Shown in pieces: positions 12,301-24,918 of a DNA stretch of 64,000 nucleotides (its first letter is position 1; every line of letters starts with the position of its first letter). The position numbers and the translations under genes were made by a program. The notes below the pieces were generated by a model. The model was not told where the DNA came from. It worked only from the letters and a program-made list of their open reading frames with translations, and made no database searches. Source of the DNA: Tubulanus polymorphus (Eukaryota > Animalia > Nemertea); NCBI RefSeq assembly GCF_964204645.1, contig NC_134028.1:10896213-10960212 (forward strand). Direction: 5' to 3'.

Positions 12301-13201
12301 ATTTGAATACACTACTACGTATTAGTCAATTTTTATGAAAACCATGTTATGTATTGATAATGATGTTAAATGGCCATTTGTCTACAAGGTATATATTGAT
12401 TCCCCTATGTAGATTCAGTTATTTTCGATTTGAGGAATTTCTATCAACCTCAGGTACATGTATATCGTACATAGTTTAAAATGACCCTTGTGTAAAAGAT
12501 TAATTTTGTGCTGTAATTATCAAAAGTGTCGGAATATTCATTATTGCCATACCACGTACCAACCATTGTGGGAATAGACTATTTCTGTTGCATGGCATGT
12601 TGTCTCTACTAAGAGTCCTCCATGGTTGTACATCAGGGGACCAGTCAAAAAATGAAAAAATAGTTGAGAAAAAAATGTTTCGGTTCTCCATCGTAGGTTT
12701 GACACATATGTATTAATGTTGTAGTCATCGAGAATTAATCATATCTCTACAGATTTTGTGCATATTTACATGTCAATAAAGATATTTTCAAATAAGACCA
12801 TAGCGTTGTGTTTCCATTGCTGAAAAGGAATAGGATCGATTCGATGCAGCTTACTTGATTCCTTTATTCGACTAGGGCCTACATCTTGTTCAAAAAATGG
12901 CGTCCGGCTGTTAAGACGTGTTGGTACAGTGGAGATTTAAAGTTTCATTTCGATGTCCTTCCACACTTGCTTGATTTATAAGATCTACTCAATCTATGCA
13001 GTGCTGTTCTTCTGAATGAGACAACGAAGTGTACAAAGAAATTAGGTAACTTTTTACTGGTATTTAGTGGTTCTATAGTATTAATCTATAGATATCGTCG
13101 ATAGTCTGTCCTTAAGTCGTTCACACCGTAGTTGCCAAACGTTACCATAGAGACGTTGTGTACCTGTCAAAAAGTCATGGTCGACTGGAGATAATCTAAG
13201 T

Positions 13202-14161
13202 ATGGGTAGACCGAAGAAAGATCGCTCGACGAAACCTGCCACCGCTACCGCAGATAACAAAGGCACAACGCCGAGTAACAATAACGTTGAACCCGCGTCA
13301 AATACTCAAAGCGCTCCGAAACAACAAACTCTGATCACGCCAGTCACTAGTACCCCGACTGCAGCCTCAGACCCCGAATCGAGGAAAAGATTCCCCTCTG
13401 AAGAATTCTCACCTCGTGAAGGTATAAAAAAACCCAATATTCCTCCAAACGTGAATCAACAGGCAACGAGGCCACATAATGAAAATTTCCCCGTAGACGA
13501 AATTGCGAGCACCGTCTCGAACCTGCTAAATAACGAGGAATCAACCGCGGGTCTAGTGAACCGAATCGTGTCGGCCATAAAGTTCACATTTCAAAATCAA
13601 CTGGAACATCTTGTAAAAACGATCGATGATCAAAACGAAGTCATAGCTGATCTTAGTGCGAAACTGGATCACCAGGAACAATATTCCAGGCGAAACAATA
13701 TCATTGTAAACGGTATAAAAGAAAATTCTTCCGAAAACACGGACCAAATAATTCTAGATCTCGCACGTAAGATCATGCCTGATGACGCTCCCGCGATGGA
13801 ACTCCGAGATATCGATCGATCTCATCGCCTCGGGCCCAAAAGAGATGGAACAAACCGCCCGATTATCTGTAAATTCGTCACTCACCGAGCGCGGCAATAC
13901 GTGTTGGTTAATCGTAAAAAGCTCCCTAAAGATGTTTACGCTAATGAAGACCTGACGAAAAGACGCCAGGCGATTCTGTACGAAGTCCGAAAATTATGGA
14001 AATCTAAGCGTATTTACGGTTTTTACGTTCGCGATGGTAAAATACTCGTCATTAAAACCGAGCGCGAGAAAGCGATTGAAATCAGCGACCATTCATCAAT
14101 ATCGGCTCTCAACAAGGAATCAACCCCATCAGCGAACCCGAACGACACCACATACTACTAA
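13202..14161 (+). CDS. LINE ORF1 protein (coiled coil + RRM-like L1-transposase-type domain), 319 aa
   Basis: Intact ORF with LDHQEQYSRRNNIIVNGIKE, DIDRSHRLG, RPIICKF and VYANEDLT motifs typical of CR1/L2-group ORF1. Confidence 0.88.
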   Translation: MGRPKKDRSTKPATATADNKGTTPSNNNVEPASNTQSAPKQQTLITPVTSTPTAASDPESRKRFPSEEFSPREGIKKPNIPPNVNQQATRPHNENFPVDEIASTVSNLLNNEESTAGLVNRIVSAIKFTFQNQLEHLVKTIDDQNEVIADLSAKLDHQEQYSRRNNIIVNGIKENSSENTDQIILDLARKIMPDDAPAMELRDIDRSHRLGPKRDGTNRPIICKFVTHRARQYVLVNRKKLPKDVYANEDLTKRRQAILYEVRKLWKSKRIYGFYVRDGKILVIKTEREKAIEISDHSSISALNKESTPSANPNDTTYY

Positions 14162-15149
14162 TCCGATCCCGTCAACAATTGCGTTGCATTCGTGTTTTGT
14201 TCATATCTGAAATCCGTACACTTCTATGTTCGACCCCGTTAGCGAACTCGAACGACTCCGCGTACTAGTGTTCCGATCCGTTCATTATATACTTACATCA
14301 CATTGTGTTCCGTCCATCGTGATATCCGTACCATACCCTTCTACCTACAAACCTAACCTATTCTACGATCCGTTGCGAAATTAGACCCTTTAAGGGACTA
14401 AATGTTGCATTGTGCATTACTTTCAGTTTCCGTTTAAATTACGCACCTTCCTTTCAACGACTCGACAGAATAATTCATACCGTTTCGATGGGCACTAAAA
14501 ATCGCTCCATGGTCCGCACTGCGTTAATTGTCTCGGCGATCCTTAACGTTCGATATGAACGAAATCCGAGACTAAGGGAAGTCTCGAACAAAACCTCTTT
14601 TAGTATATATTTGTGGTGTTTGACTTAACTGCATTTCACTTCGTTTATTGTTGAATTTGATAATATGATACTAGATGTAAATTCAAAAGGTGTTACATTT
14701 CTTTTTAAATCATGCATTTATTCGAACTCTCAATTCAATTCTGTGTCTGGACTCGAGATTGTACCTCCTTTAAACCTCTTCCTTATTATCAATGAGTTAT
14801 AATAGGGAACTTTATTTTCTCTACTCATCGACTCGTTTGTTGGTTACTATCCGAGCGAATCGGAATATAAAACTACTTGTTATCCTTCCTTGAATACGTA
14901 GACATTTGGTGTATAGAGATATGTAACACGTCTGCCCGTTCTATTATGTACCTATCATTAGTACATTTTGATTAATTTTCGATAATATAACTCCAGTGCG
15001 ATATCCCCAAGTTATCATCACTATTACTCTGCATATGCGATTAATACTGTGTACATGTCTAAAGGACAAAATTTTTTTTTGTTGTTTCCAATTTTTCTAC
15101 TGTGTAACCATCTACCCGCATTTCGCCTGTAAATTATGTTTCATGATGA

Positions 15150-18066
15150 TATATTTTTGGATAGTGAGAAGGATCCCCCCCGACACTACTTATTATTCCA
15201 TTGACTCGCTTAACGCTCTTGTGAACACCAACGACCAACAGAGTGGATTATTTCTATACCATACCAATGTTAGAAGCATGAACAAAAACTTTGAAAATTT
15301 AAGAGATACAATAACTAGTTTAAACTTTCACCCACAGTCATTGGGATATCCGAAACGTGGGCGCTAGACGATCACGATAATGACGTATTATACAAACTAG
15401 ACGGGTACAATAGCTTTTTCTTAAATCGTCATTTTAACCATGCAGGCGGTGTGGCTATATACATCGATGACCATTACCATTGTAAAGTACGTAACGACCT
15501 GAGTATAGAAAGTAACACTTTTGAATTGTTATTTTGTGAATTGTCGATTTCACGTAATGAAAAAATATTAGTCGGTGTCTTATATCGACAAGGAGGTTAA
15601 CCAATTGATCAGTTTACCAATGAACTTAATTCAACATTAGCTAAATTGCCTAAAAATAACGTGTTCATTATGGGCGACATCAATATAGATCTCATCAAAG
15701 CATCCACGCACAACAAGACCCACGACTTCTCAAATAACATGGTTTCGCATTCATTACAACCTCTTATTTTAAAACCAACAAGAGTCACCGAAACGTCAGC
15801 AACCTGTATTGACCACATATATACCAATGTTGACAACCAACGATCCGGCATATTGACTACTGATATTTCAGACCATTATTCTACCTTTGTTATTTACCCG
15901 CGTGCTCGACGGCTTAAAAATGCACCGTACATTATCCATTTTAGACCTATCAATGAACTCAATATTTCGGATCTTAAAGCGCGCTTGGCCAACGAAGACT
16001 GGAGTGACATATACACAACCAATGATCCAAACGTAGCATACAATCTCTTTTTCACGAGATACAAGATGCTCTACGACTTAAGTTTTCCTATTCTAACTAA
16101 AAATGTAACTCGTCCTTCGTGTAAACCCTGGCTGTCCGAGGGCTTACTAAATTCTGTCAAAACCAAATTGAAATATTACCGAATATACAAACGAACTAAG
16201 CGCGCTGATCATCACGAACGTTACAAGAAATATCGCAACAGGTTGAATCGATTGCTTAAAGCTGCGCAGAAACAGCACTTCGCACGAGCATTAATTGCTG
16301 CGAAACATGACCTGAAAAAAACTTGGTCGATTCTAAACCAAGTTATCGGTAGCCCTAAAGATATAAATATATGCCCACCATGTAGAGACATAAATGGTGT
16401 AGACCTTGACCCTTTAGATGTAGCCAATAAATTCAATTCTTTCTTTACTAACGTTGGTAGAAACTTAGCGGACAAAATTCCAACAACCGAAATCTCTCCC
16501 CTATCATACCTCCAACCCGATTCTTCAAATAACCTGTTCCTAAACCCAATTATTCAGCAGGACATTTTATATATTGTCAATAATTTGGATGCTAATAAAG
16601 GTGCTGGGCCTGATGATATAATACCTAAAATTGCTAAGTCTGCCATCTCTGAAATAATGGAACCATTACTATACATCTTCAATAAGTCATATTCAACGGG
16701 GATAGTTCCCGACGCTCTTAAAATCGCCAAAGTTACCCCAATTCATAAAGGCGGTGATAAAAATGAAATCACTTACTACAGACCTATATCAGTCCTTTCG
16801 TTCTTTTCTAAAATCCTAGAAAAAATTACCTACGCCCGTATAATATCCTTTGTTGATAATCATCATATCCTTAACCCTCATCAATATGGCTTTAGGAAAA
16901 ATTCATCTACGGAACTTGCACTGCTTGACTTTACAGATCATATCTCAAAACAGGTTGAAAATGGCCAATTCTCAATAAGTATTTTCATTGATTTATCGAA
17001 AGCTTTCGATACAATCGACCACTCAATTTTGATCCAAAAACTACACAGATTAGGCATAAGAGGCTTACCGAATGATTGGATTAAAAGTTATTTATCAAAT
17101 CGTAAACAATATGTAGACTACAACAAATCTCCTTCCAGTTATCAGCCCATCTCGCACGGTGTCCCACAAGGTTCTATTCTTGGACCATTACTTTTTCTTT
17201 TGTATGTAAATGACATAATACATGTTTCTAAGTTATTCAAGTTTATACTGTTTGCTGACGACACTACCATTTCTTGTAGCAACAAAGATCCTATAGAATT
17301 AATTCGTGCCGTAAACCGCGAACTGATAAAACTATCTACGTGGTTTAGAGCAAACAAACTCTCGTTGAATGTAAAGAAAACAAGCTACATGAAGTTTGGC
17401 AATTTTAGATTACCAGACAATACAGAAATCAGTATAGACAATCAACCTGTTGCTCATTCGTGCACCAACAAATTTCTTGGTGTGATTTTTGATGAAAACC
17501 TAAACTGGTCAGCACATACTGCCTATACATCTGACAAAGTTACACGTGCTATTGGTTTATTGTTCAAAGCCCACAAATGTCTACCCCAGCCCATTTTGCC
17601 CACACTTTATAATTCCTTAGTTTTACCATATTTCCAATACTGCAACATTGTCTGGGGACGTACATATCCAATCCGTCTGTATCATCTTAGCATCCTACAG
17701 AAACGGGCTTTACGACTTGTATATAATGTACCTTACCTAGCACACTCTTTAAACTAGGCAATCACCTTAATTAAATTAACTGACATTAATAAGCTCCAAA
17801 CAGCAAGCTTCATTTTCAAGCTGACGTGCAACAAGGTACCTAATACCCTACGACATATTCTTTTATATAGGTCTGGTCAGCAACATCATATTCTACGAAA
17901 TGCCAATAATTTAAATATACCGCAACATCGCACTACTAAACGCTCGTTCTCTATTAGTATAGCAGGCCCAAAGCTTTGGAATTCTTTACCAATCAACATC
18001 CGAAATAGTTCATCTCTTTATAGTTTCAAGCACAATCTCAAGAAGCAACTCATGTCAACCTATTAA
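15150..18066 (+). pseudogene. LINE ORF2 (APE endonuclease - reverse transcriptase), disrupted
   Basis: HTNVRSM, then frameshift to IGISETW, GGVAIY, in-frame TAA ~15598, IMGDINID, TCIDHI, ISDH; RT HQYGFR, FIDLSKAFD, GVPQGSILGPLLF, FADD; TAG at 17755-17757, then in-frame C-terminus to TAA 18064-18066. Start uncertain. Confidence 0.9.
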
Positions 18067-19536
18067 TCAACATCTAAAATCTTGAGCAAACCAAAATATT
18101 ATAAATGTGTAGAAATTTATTTTATGCAGAAATGCTTATCTTTTTAGGGATAATATCTCATTCGTCGAAATGGGAGGACTTTTCTATTCTTAAATTATCC
18201 CGTTAATTAATCAATAACAGTCTACCATCAATTAATCCCATGGCTAGTTTATGCTATAACGTAGAATTTTGCATCCTTCTCATTATCCAAATAGTATCAT
18301 TCCATAATTCTCAATGTTCCTTCTTTTCATAACTGCATTTTATGTTATTTGCTCCAGGGCCTCGGCTTGACAATCACTTAATGATTTCCGAGGTCCTGAT
18401 GATTGTCATGTATTATACATAAACATTTTGTAACAATTATGTATTTATATTTGTATCATGATAATCATCAAATAAATCAAATCAAATAAATCAAATATGT
18501 TAAATTCCCCGACATCAATTTCCGAAGTTCACGTTATCGTATTGGGTTTTAGTTCAACATTTTAGTTGAGAAGTTTATGCATCTATAGTTTTGACTGGAA
18601 TACAACACCGTTGGGCAAATATCTCAAATATATAGAAGGAAAAATATCGAATTGTGGTCGGCCCAGACTGCAGATCGATTCCTATGTACTGCCAAGGCTT
18701 CTAATGCAATATCTCGAGGCCCCCACATCGCTGCTGCAGACCAGATCTTTGATGCAGAGCCCAACATATGAATGACCTGTTCAGCCCTACAAATACATTT
18801 TTCTGGCATTCTATCATATCATTTAATGATAATTACTGAAGTAAAGTACTCGACGTAAGCCCCAATACGAAATATTTTGAAGCATGAGTTTATTTTTATT
18901 GTTTCAATCATAATATTACATGTAATGCATTCACATCGAGATGTTACTTAGCCTAAATGTTTAGAATAGTTATTAAGATGAGCGCAACATACATAGCATC
19001 AAAATTTAAAAATTCAGCCATCCATTAAAAATATTGACTCGTTTTTTAGTGGGGTAACTAAAACACATTTTAAAAAATAATTTCCAGTGCCGAATCTGTA
19101 AGAAGAGATGAAGTGGGGTTTCTTCCGACTTCCTGAGCTATGAATAACTAGTTTTAAAATTTAAAAGTGATTTCGACGGTTTATCCGAAGTTTAAAAGCC
19201 TTGCGTAAGTTGGATCTTTTGGGACCAAGACAAATCCTTCGACTTCGAAAAATTCCGATTTCCAGCCGTTTCCAAAAACTATACGACTTCCAATTAATTT
19301 CTGTAAACGGAAAAATTTAATCCATATCTACAAGAATGATTAAAAACACTGAAATATTTCGGGTTCAATTTTTCCAATATACTCTCACAACTAGAATAAC
19401 GACTGTTGACATGTATCATCGATTTACAGCCAGAAAAAAAGGGTCGGAACAGAAAAGAGAATAGAGGAGAAAATTCTGGACCATCAGTATTCATGTGATA
19501 TAAATGTGATCGTGATATAAGCGAGTATCCGACTAC

Positions 19537-21000
19537 GTAAATTCCTTGTTTCTGAGTTGAAATCATCGCCCTTTTATTTCCGCAAGTGACTTTTTAGGTA
19601 TTTTCCGAGTTTCTGAGCTGAAATCATCGCCCTTTTAATTTCGCAAGTGACTTTTTAGGTAAATTCCGAGTTTCTGACCTGAAATCATCGCCTTTTTAAT
19701 TTCGCAAGTGACTTTTTAGGTAAATTCCGAGTTTCTGACCTGAAATCATCGCCCTTTTAATTTCGCAAGTGATTTTGTAGGTTAATTTCGAGTTTCTGAG
19801 CTGAAATGATCGCTCTTTTAATCTCGGAAGTGACTTTGTAGCTAAATTTCGAGTTTCTGACCTGAAATCATCGCCCTTTTAATTTCGCAAGTGACTTTTT
19901 AGGTAAATTCCGAGTTTCTGACCTGAAATCATCGCCCTTTTAATTCCGCAAACGACTTTTTAGGTAAATTCCGAGTTTCTGAGCCGAAATCATCGCCCTT
20001 TTAATTTCGCAAGCGACTTTTAGGTAAATTCCGAGTTTCTGAGCCGAAATTTTCGCCCTTTTAATTTCGCAAGTGATTCTGTAGGTAAATTCCGAGTTTC
20101 TGACCTGAAATCATCGCCCTTTTAATTTCGCAAGTGACTTTTTAGGTAAATTCCGAGTTTCTGACCTGAAATCATCGCCCTTTTAATTCCGCAAACGACT
20201 TTTTAGGTAAATTCCGAGTTTCTGAGCCGAAATCATCGCCCTTTTAATTTCGCTGCGACTTTTAGGTAAATTCCGAGTTTCTGAGCCGAAATTATCGCCC
20301 TTTTAATTTCGTTAGTGATTCTGTAGGTAAATTCCGAGTTTCTGAGCTGAAATGATCGCTCTTTTAATCTCGGAAGAGACTTTTAATGTATTTTCCGAGT
20401 TTTTGAGCCGAAATCATCGCCCTTTTAATTTCGCAAGCGACTTTTTAGGTATTTTCCGAGTTTCTGAGATGAAATCATCGCCCTTTTAATTTCGCAAGCG
20501 ACTTTTTAGGTAAATTCCTAGTTTCTGAGCCGAAATCATCGCCCTTTTAATTTCGCAAGCGACTTTTTAAGTAAATTCCTAGTTTCTGAGCCGAAATCAT
20601 CGCCCTTTTAATTTCGCAAGCGACTTTAAGGTAAATTCCGAGTTACTGAGCCGAAATCATCGCCCTTTTAATTTCGCAGTGACAACCGGGATCACACACA
20701 ACTCACCAGAACAACAATGGATTCTTTTCAAGAGAGCGATGTCACAACGCTACATTTCTGAAGTGAAATCATCGCATTTCACAAGTGATTTAGGTAAATT
20801 CTGAGTTTCTGAGCTGAAATCATCTTTTTTTAATTTCGCAACTGACTTTTTAGGTAAATTCCGAGTTACTGTGAGCTGAAATCATTGCCCTTTTAATTTT
20901 AATTAAGTGATTTTGTTAGGTACATTCTGAGTTTCTGAGTTAATCATCGCCCTTTTTTCACGAGTGTCTGTGTAAATTTAGAGTCTCTGAGCTGGACATC
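19537..21000. repeat. 61-bp tandem repeat array (~19 well-conserved units to ~20680, degenerate units beyond)
   Basis: Unit ~GTAAATTCCGAGTTTCTGAGCCGAAATCATCGCCCTTTTAATTTCGCAAGTGACTTTTTAG head to tail without spacers; unrelated interruption at ~20680-20755. Confidence 0.95.
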
Positions 21001-21828
21001 ACTAGTTTAAGGGATTATTGGTAACTTTCGACTCGAGATCTAGAATCATTATAGTAAGTGATTTTCGAGGTTTATACCGTTTGTGAGCTAGGAATGATTA
21101 CATTTTAACAAAAGGGAGTCGCTTGACGAAACTAAGACTAGGAATCAACTATCTTAGATTTCAAAAGTTATCTTGATCGCCATCGTACGCCAAAATCTTT
21201 CCTCGTTTTAATCCGAGTGAAATAGGAATAAATTCCACTATTGCTATTTTCGGTATGATTCCAAGTCTGTGAGCTATTCAACTTAGGGAAAGTTGGACTT
21301 AAATGCCAATTCTAGGAAATTATCTGACCGCTGATTTTTGTCCCCGAAATGTTTGTATGATCGTCGAATTTATTCATCACATCGGCATACCAAGGACTGC
21401 AGTTGTCACCTTGTTGTGTTTTAATATGCAGTTGAGGTTCGGTCCATATTTACCGTCTGGATTATTTAGGAACGGTTTTATGATAAGCCAATAAGGAACT
21501 TCATGGTACAGGCTTACTAACGAGGATATCATCCACCCTCTAAGCAGTCTTTACTACGTGATACTAAACTATAAATACGTACTACTAATACCGGTACCAT
21601 TCTATTCTCAGAAGATTGATTTTTCAAAATCCCAATCACATCATAACTGGGAGATATAAATTGTATTAATTCCAACGAACGAATTGGCGGTTGCGGGGCC
21701 ACCCAGCGTAGCAAAAATTCAAAAAACAATCGGATCCACCCGCTCGTAATGAATGATTTGGCTTCCGTTTATATAATTTCTTAATCTTCTACTTCATATG
21801 AATTATTTTTCTTCTTTTTCTGGAGAGA

Positions 21829-21879
21829 ACGATGATTTGTTTGCGGGCCGGCGTAGGCGGCCCGCAAACAAATCATCGT
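21829..21879. repeat. Perfect 22-bp inverted repeat with 7-nt loop
   Basis: ACGATGATTTGTTTGCGGGCCG-gcgtagg-CGGCCCGCAAACAAATCATCGT. Confidence 0.95.
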
Positions 21880-22042
21880 GCCACCTTTGAAATCTTCAAT
21901 TTATAATAGTTTGAATACGGGGTGATTGCCACTTGGGTTGTGACAAAGATAGAGACCGGTAACCAGTCTATAGACGGTCTTTCCTATAGTAGACTGGTTG
22001 CCTGTCCCATAGATAGACTGGTTGCCGGTCTCTACCTTCAGT

Positions 22043-22366
22043 CATCCTCGCTTGCCAGGGGTCCAGTATCACTCCCGAACTCGCTTCCTCCAGCCCCCTG
22101 GCCTCACGAAGCGTGATTTCATTACTGGCGCTGTTGCGCATGACGTCATCGATTTGCGAAATACTTCCTTGTTCGGTAAAACGTTCGCTGATTGGTCCAT
22201 TTAACGGGAAAACAAACAGAAGTCTACTGTCGGTTTGTTACAAGCGCTGTGATTGGTACGACCGGATTCTGGTCGGCTAGTAACGACTCCAACGACTCGT
22301 GAGGTCAAGGGGTTCAGGGGAACAGCTTTAGCGTAGTGGGTTCGAATCCCTTGACGGGTGAAGATG
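22043..22366 (+). mobile_element. CAT..ATG mini-element, long form (324 bp), 9-bp TSD
   Basis: TSD ACCTTCAGT at 22034-22042 and 22367-22375; ends CATCCTCGCTTGCCAGGGG / CCCTTGACGGGTGAAGATG; extra internal segment ~22095-22312. Confidence 0.85.
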
Positions 22367-22382
22367 ACCTTCAGTTAGAGAC

Positions 22383-22485
22383 CATCCTCGCTTGCCAGTG
22401 GTCCGGTATCACTCCCGCCCTCGCTTCCACCAGTTCGGCGAACAGCTTTAGCGTAGTGGTTCGAATCCCTTGACGGGTGAAGATG
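22383..22485 (+). mobile_element. CAT..ATG mini-element, short form (103 bp), 9-bp TSD
   Basis: TSD GTTAGAGAC at 22374-22382 and 22486-22494. Confidence 0.88.
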
Positions 22486-23803
22486 GTTAGAGACCGGTTG
22501 ATCCCATCTGTCAAACATGTCAGTATCGAGTTACTTCCGGGTTAAAATGGCGTCTCATCGAATAAGCGAAACTAAGAGTAATATCAAAATCGCACTGATT
22601 ACAGTAAATCAGCTGATAATCTATGAATCATAAATGTAATCACCTAACAAACGGACATTTAAAGACCGAAGAAAGGCATTAATTGCTGTGAGTATCGAAT
22701 AAATCCGCTGATATCACTCGGAATTCAAATAGACACGACTGAATTGATACTTATTAATTTTGTAGGTTAGGAAAAGGGATCAGCTGTGACAGTCATTCTG
22801 AGGGAACTTGGCTGGAAGGGCGACATGGTTTCTTTGTCAACCATATGTAAAATATATTCACCCAATTGTTGTGTTTCTGATGATGTGAAAATGACATCTG
22901 AATGACGTCTGAATAAAGTTTACAATAGTTGAACTCCTTGTCAGTTTTTTGATATCAGATATTTGGATCCAACGCGGCATCTCTACATATATTCCTGATG
23001 ATACAGACTGCAAGTTTGGATAGACCAGTAATTCAGATCAACTGGATATTTGCAATATTTTCCTCTCCTCATGGACCATACATGATTTTTGCTAGAAATT
23101 GAGTAAAAAATCCATCACGACAAACTCTTTTTTACTGGCAATTCTATATTTATTGTCCACTTTCTAGTACAAAATCTTATTCAGGATGCCGGACAAGACG
23201 GTGACAAACGTATTCTGTGACATAGCAAATTGTGTGACAACAGAATGACACTGATATCTCTAACTTAACTCGAATCACAAAGACCAAGTCTTGTCCAGAA
23301 AGTAGGCCTAAATCCAATCTCAATTCAAATTGCATGCTCGCTCGTGTAGTTATTAATGAATTCCAGCTCTTTAAACCTCATCACTGTATCAGAATCCAGG
23401 AGTTTCACACCACTTGTTATTTGGAATCTAATTTCATGGTGATTAATGCTGGATTCGTTAATCTCTTTGATTCGTGATTAAGGTTACTTTCTGAAATTAA
23501 ACCAATATACATATACTAACAATTAAACCTGGATTGACTTTTCAATTCATGTTTCATCCGTTTTTCAAACTTACCATGAATATAACAACAATTCATTCTG
23601 TGCATGTTGAGCTCATTCAATTTCTTCTTCCGTTTACTGTCAGCATCAACTTGTTGATACGTATAACTTCTAATTCTTCAGAAAACCTGAGGTATCTCAG
23701 AAAATCAACATCAGAACACACACAATGACCTACAATAGACAATCAACAGAATATTTGTAAATAAGTAGTCATTTACTGTTCACAAGTTTTAAAAGACATT
23801 TAA

Positions 23804-24089
23804 CCCTTTCAGTGCGTACACCGCAGTGCAGTGTACGAATCAGTGATGGATTTTGCTAGTACACCGCATTGCAGTGTATCGATTTAATTAGTAATTACTA
23901 ATTATCTCACATGAAAGATGGCAGCACCTGTCAAACATAGTGAAATATTAGTAACTAACGATATACCGCGCCAGGGTGTAGACACACTATAGTGCTATTC
24001 CCGTTATTCAACACACTAGGGTGGAATTTTTCAGAATTTTCAAATTATCTTCAGCGCCATAGGGTATTATTCAGCCAGCACTGAAAGGG
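23804..24089. mobile_element. piggyBac-type MITE (286 bp)
   Basis: TTAA flanks; TIR CCCTTTCAGTGC / GCACTGAAAGGG; truncated inverted copy at ~46709-46903. Confidence 0.85.
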
Positions 24090-24147
24090 TTAAGACTAAG
24101 TGAAGTTACCTGTAGTGTCGGCTAATATTTTCACCACACTGAATTGA

Positions 24148-24198
24148 CTGGTGGAAGCGAGTTCGGGAGTGATACCGGACCCCTGGCAAGCGAGGATG
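24148..24198 (-). mobile_element. Half copy of the CAT..ATG mini-element
   Basis: Reverse complement of CATCCTCGCTTGCCAGGGGTCCGGTATCACTCCCGAACTCGCTTCCACCAG. Confidence 0.85.
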
Positions 24199-24918
24199 GC
24201 TCTTGGAGTAATCAGTCGGATTACTCCAAGGTGGTCTGAATCGAATTCTATGACTGTAATAATGCTTCAAGAAGAAAAATAAAAAATGTTTTGTTTCGTC
24301 TTTTATGTTTTTTTTCCTGAAATCTCTAATGATGTTGGTTCATAATAGTAAAATAGGACAGGGCTTTGAATTGATATTTTTCTTAAGCAGATTTGAAGCT
24401 AGAGTTTCACGTATCATACTAAATTTAAGACGAATTGAAGAACTTTCGATCATATTGGAGTTCAACTGTGTTAAACTGGTATGACTGTAATAACAAAACA
24501 CGTCTTCATTCATCCTTCAATTTGATGATTGGATCCCAGGAGAAAGGCTCCATATAATTAGATCACTAGCCTACTAGAGTTGTATTTGATTTTATCGTTA
24601 GGCCTATAAGTCGACCTTGCAAGAAAGTTATGTAAGTAAATAATCCATTTTGTTTATTTACATACCAGTGGATGTTCCTTTTTGAATAATGTTGAATAAA
24701 AAATCATCAAAAGATGATAACGGAGGAAGATTGCGGCAATTTGTTTATGATTATGCAATCCGGCGCACAGAATTGTTTAAATAAAGTATTTGTATTTGAA
24801 TTTGTTCCCCTCATCACGCACGCATGTGGTTATGTTATTATTTATGTATGACGTCATCGACAAACTCGTCTTTGAACTAATGACGACTGTGTTAAACCTG
24901 TCCTATTCTGACTGCGAA

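Larger units (their letters stand above)
12890..18497 (+). mobile_element. Non-LTR retrotransposon, CR1 group (Crack/L2-like), near full length
   Basis: ORF1 and ORF2 below; 3' stem-loop CAGGGCCTCGG..CCGAGGTCCTG (~18355-18398); tail AATAAATCAAATCAAATAAATCAAAT at ~18471-18496. 5' end approximate; no clear TSD. Confidence 0.85.
11120..21970. mobile_element. 10.85-kb TAG..CTA DNA element with 9-bp TSD (AcademH-like by inference), carrying a LINE and a satellite
   Basis: Ends TAGACTGGTTGCC / GGTAACCAGTCTA; perfect TSD TAGACGGTC at 11111-11119 and 21971-21979; inverted subterminal motifs AATTGAAGAT (11151/21892) and ACAACCCAAGT (11181/21931). Confidence 0.72.

Noticed and set aside
19537-21000. 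CRISPR array
   Set aside because: Units are contiguous 61-bp repeats with no unique spacers; eukaryotic context; no cas genes.
23150-23735. Exon-like minus-strand relics (also ~10540-10760 and ~18640-18790 on the plus strand)
   Set aside because: Interrupted by stops with no recognisable motif.
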